The translations under genes and the position numbers were made by a program. Positions 17,660 through 23,436 of a stretch of DNA of 29,098 bases are shown here, piece after piece; positions within the stretch are counted from its first letter, which is position 1, and each line of letters opens with the position of its first letter. The DNA comes from a virus (lineage: Duplodnaviria > Caudoviricetes), in IMG/VR virus record IMGVR_UViG_3300037751_000396, positions 1-29,098 of that record; one strand, 5' to 3'. The notes under the pieces were generated by a model, which searched no databases, was not told where the DNA came from, and worked only from the letters and a program-made list of their open reading frames with translations.

Positions 17660-18306
17660 TGCTGACACAGGAACAATGGGATATCGAACGTGCCAAGCTC
17701 GTACAGGCACAAGCCGATATCCAGTCGGTGATTGAAGGGATAGACGCCGCGTTTTCCGGAACACCCTCCGGCGTGGTGTGGGACCGGACAGGTGTTGCCA
17801 ACAATCCGACATTCTCCAACGGCGACCTCACCGTTGCGGCGACGGCGGCTCATGCGCTGCGCTCCACCGTCTCGGTTCCCCTGTCGAAGCGGTATTTCGA
17901 GGTCGCGGTGGATTGCCGTGGCACGGCCGGCCATTTCGCAGTCGGGGTGATCCGGTCGGATCAGCCGATATCCAGCCCGCCGACCTCGCTGGCAGCCGTC
18001 CCTTCGGGCATGTGGCTGTGGCGCGACGATACATGGTGGGCGCATGGCGGGGCCTCCGGTCAGATCGGCTCCGCATGGGCCACGGGCGATACCATCATGG
18101 TCGCGTTCGACGATACCGGGAATCTGTGGTTCGGCCGCAACGGCACGTGGATGGGCGATCCCGTGAATGGGACAGGGCCGGCCTTCACCGGGCTGACGGG
18201 AGACATCGGCGCCTGTTTCGTCTTCATGGGGAGCAACGGGTCTCCGGTGGCGACGGGGCGGTTTTCGGTTTCCTGCCCAACCGGGTTTGCAACTCTTGAT
18301 GCTTGA
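17659..18306 (+). CDS. SPRY/concanavalin-like domain protein with N-terminal coiled coil
   Basis: TAATG overlap; TFSNGDLT, K.YFEV, GDTIMVAFD..G.LWFG.NG.W, P.GF. Confidence 0.78.
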   Translation: MLTQEQWDIERAKLVQAQADIQSVIEGIDAAFSGTPSGVVWDRTGVANNPTFSNGDLTVAATAAHALRSTVSVPLSKRYFEVAVDCRGTAGHFAVGVIRSDQPISSPPTSLAAVPSGMWLWRDDTWWAHGGASGQIGSAWATGDTIMVAFDDTGNLWFGRNGTWMGDPVNGTGPAFTGLTGDIGACFVFMGSNGSPVATGRFSVSCPTGFATLDA

Positions 18307-18336
18307 CATGCTCGTTTCACGTGCAACACTCGCCGG

Positions 18337-19473
18337 ATGCACCGTCGCTCATTCCTGCTCGGGGGAATTGCCGTGCTGACGGCAAGCGGCTGGGCCTCTT
18401 TGCGGGGCGGGCTTGTCGGCGCATCCGAAGAGATCGGGGCTGCGGTCGCAGGTCTGGATCAGGCCGTGACCGGGTTCTCGCGCCAGCCCTTCACCGCACG
18501 CTGCGCGGCCGGGCACTGCCTGCATGACGGGTATTTCCATATCGGCTGCGGCTGGCAGCCGGCGGCGTCCACCGGCGCATTTGCACCCGGCCACTACCGG
18601 ACCAAGGATTTCGTCGTCGCCGAGCGGGCGGTGGAGCCGCTGGGTCTGCCCGATATCGTGTTCCACGAGATGGCGTCGTTCAACGGCCGCATCTGGCGCG
18701 GGCCTGGGCTCGACGATTTGGAGTGGAATCCGGGCGACGACCTGACGACGGATGCGATCCATTCGTCGGAGACGGGGGCCGCGCCGTGGACCGCCGAGGC
18801 CGATCCGCCGGATGGGCCTCGTGAGTGTGGGCTTCTCCTCGCCCATGACGGCTATCTCTATTCCGGCCTTGGCGAGCGGTACAAGGAGGACCAGGACCCG
18901 GTTTACGTCATGCACCGGGATATCTGGCGCAAGGCACCGGGTGGGGCATGGGAGATGCGCAGTTCCGACATCGGCTTCCCGTTGCGGTCGTTTGGCCAGG
19001 TCAGTTGGAACGGGCGGCTGTTCATGGTCGGCGGCGCTGACGAAACGAATTTCACGGCATCCGATCCGTTGCGCATCGACACGGCGAAAATTCGCTCTAC
19101 CGCCGACGGGTTCCTGACGCTGACCGATCACGGCGACGGTCCCTTTATCGGCTACGGCATGAGACTCGCGCACTGGCGCGGCGGCGTGGTGATGGTTGGC
19201 GGGGCAAGCGGAAACCCGACCGTGCTGTCCGACAGGGTGTGGTTTTCCGACCATCCGGAACTCGCCGTCTGGACCGAGCTCGCATCCCTGCCGGAGCCGT
19301 TGATGCATGCGGCCGCGGGCGCGCTCACGATAGACGGTGTAGAGGCGCTGGCCGTGATCGGCGGCTACGTCATCCGGTCGGGTCAGCATCTTGCCGCCGG
19401 CACGATCTACACGCTGGACGATCCCGCTGGCCAGTGGGTCCCGCGTACCGATTCCGACTTCTGGACCGACTGA
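18337..19473 (+). CDS. Kelch-like beta-propeller protein with putative Tat signal
   Basis: MHRRSFLLGG + hydrophobic stretch; repeated (F/W/H)xGxL/I...VGG...W units (LFMVGG, VVMVGG, LAVIGGY). Confidence 0.7.
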   Translation: MHRRSFLLGGIAVLTASGWASLRGGLVGASEEIGAAVAGLDQAVTGFSRQPFTARCAAGHCLHDGYFHIGCGWQPAASTGAFAPGHYRTKDFVVAERAVEPLGLPDIVFHEMASFNGRIWRGPGLDDLEWNPGDDLTTDAIHSSETGAAPWTAEADPPDGPRECGLLLAHDGYLYSGLGERYKEDQDPVYVMHRDIWRKAPGGAWEMRSSDIGFPLRSFGQVSWNGRLFMVGGADETNFTASDPLRIDTAKIRSTADGFLTLTDHGDGPFIGYGMRLAHWRGGVVMVGGASGNPTVLSDRVWFSDHPELAVWTELASLPEPLMHAAAGALTIDGVEALAVIGGYVIRSGQHLAAGTIYTLDDPAGQWVPRTDSDFWTD

Positions 19474-19582
19474 CCCTTTCCTCTATCCCGAACCCGAGAG
19501 GCTGCGATGAAATCCGCCGCCGCCGGTGCTGTGGTGTAGATGCCTCTCCCCGGCCGGTAAAATACATCCAGAAAGGGACGTG

Positions 19583-19888
19583 ATGTATCGACGATACGCC
19601 CTGTTCGTCACGGCGATCCTGCTGTCGCTGATCCTGACGGAGCCGGTGTGGGGGCAGGAAATCCTGGAGTGCCAGTCGCAGGACAACATGCGCGCCGACC
19701 TGAAGCGGAAGTTCAACGAATCGCCGGTAGCGCAGGGCACGTCGCGCGGCGTGCTGGTCGAGCTGTTCGTGTCGCCCGACGGCCGCTCCTGGTCGATCAT
19801 CATGACGGGGCCGAATGGCCTGTCCTGTTTCGGGGGCGACGGCGCCGACTGGCAGAATATCCCGGTGCAGAAGGGCCGGGCGTCGTGA
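19583..19888 (+). CDS. Small secreted hypothetical protein
   Basis: Sec-type signal peptide; C.....L...F.E.P...G....E.F.S..G..W.I..T.P.G..C...G..W pattern recalled from alphaproteobacterial proteins. Confidence 0.75.
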   Translation: MYRRYALFVTAILLSLILTEPVWGQEILECQSQDNMRADLKRKFNESPVAQGTSRGVLVELFVSPDGRSWSIIMTGPNGLSCFGGDGADWQNIPVQKGRAS

Positions 19889-20232
19889 GCGACCTCTGCC
19901 CCACATGCTTCCAGCCGCTTCCGCCGGAAATGGACCTCACCGTGTCGCTGGAAGAGAACTGCGTCATCTGGAAGGGCGTCCGCGCGAACCTGACGCCGGC
20001 AGAAGCGGAGATCATGCAGATGTTCGTGGCCGCCGATGGTCTGCTGAGCTGTGACGGCCTCATGCGGGGGCTGCACGGCAACGTCCGGGATTTGCCCGGC
20101 GATAACAGTATTCGCGTCCATATCAGCAACCTGCGCCGCAAGCTCCGGGCCGCCGATATCCCGATCACCATCGTCCCGGTGTTCAACGGCAAGAAGTGGG
20201 ATCGCGGCTGGAGGCTGGTGCATGGGTACTGA
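19885..20232 (+). CDS. CxxC + OmpR/PhoB-type winged-helix DNA-binding protein (no receiver domain), copy 1
   Basis: CPTC; LTPAEAEIM; NSIRVHISNLRRKL; RGWRL; GTGA overlap. Confidence 0.82.
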   Translation: MSDLCPTCFQPLPPEMDLTVSLEENCVIWKGVRANLTPAEAEIMQMFVAADGLLSCDGLMRGLHGNVRDLPGDNSIRVHISNLRRKLRAADIPITIVPVFNGKKWDRGWRLVHGY

Positions 20233-20569
20233 CTGCCCGTGCTGTGGCCAGACACTGCCCGCGGACATGGCCCTGACGGTCTGCCTCAACACCAACGCCG
20301 TGCTGTGGCGGGGCCGGATGGTCCAGCTCACGCCTACGGAGGCGGAAGTCCTGTCGATTCTGCAGGACCGCTTCCCGCGCTGGGTTCGCACCGACAGCAT
20401 CATGGCCGGGGTGTACGGGATGGGCGAGACACGGCTGCCGAAGACCATAACCGATTTCGTGGCGACCATGAACCGCAAGCTGCGCGAAGGCCTGATTCCG
20501 GCGCGTGCGGAAAGCGGATGGTTCGTCGGGGCCGGGGGCGGAAAATATCGGCTGCGGCTGGACGCGTGA
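20222..20569 (+). CDS. CxxC + OmpR/CtrA-type winged-helix protein, copy 2
   Basis: CPCC; LTPTEAEVL; VYG....PKTITDFVATMNRKL; GKYRL. Confidence 0.78.
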   Translation: MGTDCPCCGQTLPADMALTVCLNTNAVLWRGRMVQLTPTEAEVLSILQDRFPRWVRTDSIMAGVYGMGETRLPKTITDFVATMNRKLREGLIPARAESGWFVGAGGGKYRLRLDA

Positions 20570-20640
20570 GGCAAGCCTTCGCGCTGCTGATCGCGGCCGT
20601 CTATGTGCTGATCGCTGTGTGGAAAACAAGGAACGGCTGA
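20566..20640 (+). CDS. 24-aa single-TM peptide (MRQAFALLIAAVYVLIAVWKTRNG)
   Basis: Coupled at both ends (GTGA at 20566-69, TGATG at 20638-42); hydrophobic core. Confidence 0.45.
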   Translation: MRQAFALLIAAVYVLIAVWKTRNG

Positions 20641-20933
20641 TGGCGGAACTCAACGATCTCCACCGCATGGTGGGCGAGCTTGCCGGCACCGTGAAGTCGT
20701 TGACCACCTCCGTCGAGGGTCTGCGCACCGACGTTAAGGCCGGCACCGAGAAGATGCACGACCGGATCAGCGAGCAGGGCAAGCGGGTCGGAGCGGTCGA
20801 GACGGCGCTGGCCGAAGCGAAGGGCGACACGGCAGCGAGAAAGGCGATCCGGGGCGGGCTGCTGACGCTGGGCGGCGGCTCGCTGGGGGCGATCCTCGCA
20901 AGGCTGTTCGACAAATGGGGGGCGGGCGGATGA
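20640..20933 (+). CDS. XhlA/holin-like membrane protein (coiled coil + C-terminal TM)
   Basis: Heptad-like N-terminus, then GGLLTLGGGSLGAILARLF; usual lysis-module position. Confidence 0.65.
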   Translation: MAELNDLHRMVGELAGTVKSLTTSVEGLRTDVKAGTEKMHDRISEQGKRVGAVETALAEAKGDTAARKAIRGGLLTLGGGSLGAILARLFDKWGAGG

Positions 20934-20959
20934 TCGCGGGCTGGACGAAAGGCTGCGGT

Positions 20960-21235
20960 TCATCGAGCGCCGGGAGCGGTGAAGCCGTTCCTTACCCATC
21001 GGGCGACGCGCAGTTCGCAGCCGTCCATCAGTGCCAGACCGTTGGCTTTTCCGACATGGGTAATCAGCTTGCCGCAGCCGCACGGGCATCGGCAGCGGCC
21101 TTTCCGACGGCCCTCAGGCCACGGGTCCATGTAGCGAACATGATCGTTTGCGGAGGCGATCTGTCCCCATCCGGCCGTGCCGCCGTTCATGGCTGCCTTC
21201 AAGGCGGTGGGAGACAGTTTCGTCAGGTTAACCAT
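20960..21235 (-). CDS. Small Cys-rich hypothetical protein (91 aa)
   Basis: CRCPCGC..THVG.ANG.ALM.GCEL...RWV; lies downstream of a minus-strand promoter. Confidence 0.6.
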   Translation of the reverse strand: MVNLTKLSPTALKAAMNGGTAGWGQIASANDHVRYMDPWPEGRRKGRCRCPCGCGKLITHVGKANGLALMDGCELRVARWVRNGFTAPGAR

Positions 21236-21324
21236 GCGCGCTTCCGGGAGCGGTGAGAACTGACCGGGGCCGCTTGCATTGCAGAGGCGGACACCCGGTC
21301 TAGAGCGGTCCATTCCAACGTCCC

Positions 21325-21352
21325 TTTATACCACACTGAGTTGTGAAGGCAA
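21325..21352 (-). promoter_or_regulatory. Sigma70-type promoter, copy B
   Basis: TTGCCT-16 nt-TATAAA with an extended TG. Confidence 0.6.
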
Positions 21353-21361
21353 TGAGATGAG

Positions 21362-21449
21362 GGGCTGCGGGCCAAGAGGCCGCTCGCGCGGTTCCCATCC
21401 TCGACGCCATCGCAAGCTGGGTTGGTCTTACGACAACCGCCCGCAACCC
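21362..21449 (-). ncRNA. Candidate structured small RNA A (about 90 nt, multibranch)
   Basis: 11-bp closing stem GGGUUGCGGGC/GCCCGCAGCCC starting at the predicted TSS; GUC-GUAA-GAC and CCGC-GCGA-GCGG GNRA hairpins. Confidence 0.55.
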
Positions 21450-21455
21450 GTCCCG

Positions 21456-21483
21456 ATTATACCACACTGAGTTGTGAAGGCAA
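21456..21483 (-). promoter_or_regulatory. Sigma70-type promoter, copy A
   Basis: TTGCCT-16 nt-TATAAT with an extended TG. Confidence 0.7.
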
Positions 21484-21552
21484 TCCCATCCGCCCCTTGC
21501 GGGTCCGTGGCCGTTCCGGTCTGAGCGGCATAGCAGCATCAGGAGAAGAAGC

Positions 21553-21816
21553 ATGTTGACCATCCGACATATGGCACCGTCCGGCCACGAGACCATTGTA
21601 CAAACGCCCCGTGTGGAGTGCGAGCCGGCGATGGAGATCAACGGCAACGTACATAAAGTCTGGTGGGAGCGCCCTGACGGCCACACAGACTATTTCTGCG
21701 ACGGCTCAGTTTACGTGATGAACGATAGCGGCAAGACCGTCGCTAAGTATTTCTGGTCATACGGGCCGGTCGAAGCCGCGCCGGAAGACGAGCTTCCCGA
21801 GCGTGCCGCCGCCTGA
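21553..21816 (+). CDS. Hypothetical phage protein (87 aa)
   Basis: AGGAG SD; VYVMND.GKTV..Y motif. Confidence 0.72.
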   Translation: MLTIRHMAPSGHETIVQTPRVECEPAMEINGNVHKVWWERPDGHTDYFCDGSVYVMNDSGKTVAKYFWSYGPVEAAPEDELPERAAA

Positions 21817-21872
21817 CTCTCACCACCGGGGCCGTCGTCACTGGCGGCCCCGCTTCGCAAGGAGATCGAACC

Positions 21873-22025
21873 ATGGACCCGCTCGTCCTCAAATACCTTG
21901 CCGGCGGCGGCGTTCTGCTGCTCGGCGCCGTCATGACGTGGTGCGACAAGCTCGATAAAGGTGTGATGACCACGCTGATCGTCGGCGCGGCTGCGGCAAT
22001 CGGGTTTCAGATAGCGCCCTCATGA
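21873..22025 (+). CDS. 50-aa two-TM protein, holin candidate
   Basis: AAGGAG SD; MDPLVLKYLAGGGVLLLGAVMTWCDKLDKGVMTTLIVGAAAAIGFQIAPS; below the ORF-track cut-off. Confidence 0.65.
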   Translation: MDPLVLKYLAGGGVLLLGAVMTWCDKLDKGVMTTLIVGAAAAIGFQIAPS

Positions 22026-22192
22026 GCGCCGACATTCATGCGCGGAAGGGTTGGACGATCCGTCCCTACGCCTGTCCCTGCTGCAAGACTTGCTGGCTAC
22101 TGGAACCAACGGCGGAAAAGCTGAGGCAGAACCCGCTGGCTCGTCCGCACTGTCCGTATGGTGGGCCGTTCTCTGGCTATCAGCAAACATGA
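22022..22192 (+). CDS. 56-aa Cys-rich protein
   Basis: ATGA overlap; MSADIHARKGWTIRPYACPCCKTCW...HCPYGGPFSGYQQT. Confidence 0.5.
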   Translation: MSADIHARKGWTIRPYACPCCKTCWLLEPTAEKLRQNPLARPHCPYGGPFSGYQQT

Positions 22193-22218
22193 GAACGGCG
22201 GCTCCGAAGAACCGCCGT
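22185..22218 (-). terminator. cUUCGg hairpin, terminator-like, copy 1
   Basis: Minus strand ACGGCGGUUC-UUCG-GAGCCGCCGU followed by UCUCAUGUUU (weak U tract). Confidence 0.5.
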
Positions 22219-22286
22219 CTCTGGCAAGTAGATAGAGCAGGTTCGTACCCGGAAATCCTCGCCATTAAACCACAAAGGAACATCCA

Positions 22287-22535
22287 ATGAAAGCACTTCT
22301 CACCGTCATCACCGCCGCCCTGCTGCTCGGGGCGTGCTCGTATGTGGACCGCGCCATCGATTTCACGACCGAATACGGGGCCAAGGGTCTCGCCAACGCC
22401 GTCGAGGGCGAGTGCCGGCGCTCCATGGCGCAGCGGAAACAGGCCTATGCCGTCTATCTCGCCGAACAGGTGAAGGTCGGCACCGGGAAGATGCTTCCGC
22501 TCGATTGTTCGGACGATGGGAAGCCAGACTTTTAG
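22287..22535 (+). CDS. Lipoprotein 1 (82 aa)
   Basis: AAAGGA SD; MKALLTVITAALLLGAC lipobox. Confidence 0.78.
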   Translation: MKALLTVITAALLLGACSYVDRAIDFTTEYGAKGLANAVEGECRRSMAQRKQAYAVYLAEQVKVGTGKMLPLDCSDDGKPDF

Positions 22536-22546
22536 GCTGCGCTGCT

Positions 22547-22578
22547 GAAATGAAAACGGCGGCTCCGAAGAACCGCCG
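22547..22578 (-). terminator. Intrinsic terminator with cUUCGg loop, copy 2
   Basis: CGGCGGUUC-UUCG-GAGCCGCCG followed by UUUUCAUUUC; 24 bp identical to 22194-22217. Confidence 0.68.
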
Positions 22579-22585
22579 CTATGTG

Positions 22586-22719
22586 AAGCGGGACACGACG
22601 GAGCGACCTAAGCTCCGCTCTGAGGCATGGACTCTTTGGATGCCTCCAACGCCCGTAGCCCCCAGCTTGGCGCCCGTCCACTCCGGACTGCCGATATGCC
22701 TACCAGCCGCGCCCCGCCT
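22586..22719 (-). ncRNA. Candidate structured small RNA D (about 135 nt, multibranch)
   Basis: 14-bp closing stem AGGCGGGGCGCGGC/GUCGUGUCCCGCUU with 4 G-U pairs (valid only on the minus strand); internal hairpins GUCC/GGAC, GAGGCAU/AUGCCUC, GGAGC/GCUCC; bounded by a promoter-like box and a terminator. Confidence 0.58.
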
Positions 22720-22746
22720 GATTCTTTTACCACAAAGGACCTCACC

Positions 22747-23136
22747 ATGAAAGCACTTCTCACCGTCATCGCGCTCGCCGCCTTCCTCGCAGGCTGTGGC
22801 ACCATCCCCGCGGACACGACCCTCGACGAGCTCCGCAGCTTCACCGCCACCGATGCGAAGATGGCGCGGCTGATCGCGGAAAAGTCCAACGATGAAATCG
22901 CGGTCCGGTGTTACGCCTATCTCGAGCAGCGGCTGACACCCGTGGCCGGTGAAGATGCAATCGAGGTCAAGGGCGCGTTGTCCGCCTACCAGCTCGCGCG
23001 GAACGCCCGCCGGGCCGTCACCGGCGACGACGAGCAGCTCCGGCTGGCCTGCGCCCCGCTGGCCCTCGATAGCCCACTTATCCGGCGCCTGCTGACGCTG
23101 GGCGGCGTGGGGGCGATCCTCACCGGCGGGATGTAA
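22747..23136 (+). CDS. Lipoprotein 2 (129 aa) with hydrophobic C-terminus (spanin candidate)
   Basis: AAAGGA SD; MKALLTVIALAAFLAGC lipobox; ends LLTLGGVGAILTGGM. Confidence 0.75.
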   Translation: MKALLTVIALAAFLAGCGTIPADTTLDELRSFTATDAKMARLIAEKSNDEIAVRCYAYLEQRLTPVAGEDAIEVKGALSAYQLARNARRAVTGDDEQLRLACAPLALDSPLIRRLLTLGGVGAILTGGM

Positions 23137-23143
23137 GCGGAAC

Positions 23144-23404
23144 ATGACCACCGCCGCGATTGAAACCCATCCCGTCCAGACAGTTGACCACAAGGGCGGC
23201 CGATGCCCGACGGCCGTAACGCTGCGCGCCTACGAGGTCTATTGCCATGTGTACAGCCCTCAGCCGGCGATGATAACGGGCAACTGCCGGTTCGGCTTCG
23301 GGTGTGGCGAGCTGATTGCGTTTCTCTATGCCCGGTCATTTCCGAAGGCCGAATGGCGAGCGCGTGTTGATGAAGCATTCGCCGGCATGAAGCATCTCGG
23401 CTGA
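23144..23404 (+). CDS. Hypothetical phage protein (86 aa)
   Basis: Tightly packed; AYEVY....R.GFG..ELIA.LY motif. Confidence 0.68.
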   Translation: MTTAAIETHPVQTVDHKGGRCPTAVTLRAYEVYCHVYSPQPAMITGNCRFGFGCGELIAFLYARSFPKAEWRARVDEAFAGMKHLG

Positions 23405-23436
23405 CGCGCTGCTGAAGTAACACGAAAGGCAGTCAA

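Larger units (their letters stand above)
21326..21484. repeat. Two identical 28-bp direct repeats (21326-21353, 21457-21484)
   Basis: TTATACCACACTGAGTTGTGAAGGCAAT x2, separated by 103 bp. Confidence 0.95.

Noticed and set aside
21228-21235. TTAACCAT CtrA half-site
   Set aside because: A single 8-mer explained by the ATG-GTT-AAC start of the minus-strand ORF; no TTAA-N7-TTAA site seen.
20915-21256. 113-aa + strand ORF, or a G6-tract frameshift extending the XhlA-like gene
   Set aside because: The + ORF has no recognisable features and overlaps a better minus-strand gene; the alternative C-terminus has no independent support.
21326-21484. 28-bp repeats as a mini CRISPR array
   Set aside because: Only two copies, a 103-bp spacer and no cas genes; the repeat reads as a sigma70 promoter on the minus strand.
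21827-21852. 10-bp GC hairpin as an intrinsic terminator
   Set aside because: No U tract on either strand; it may be a pause or processing stem, but this cannot be supported.
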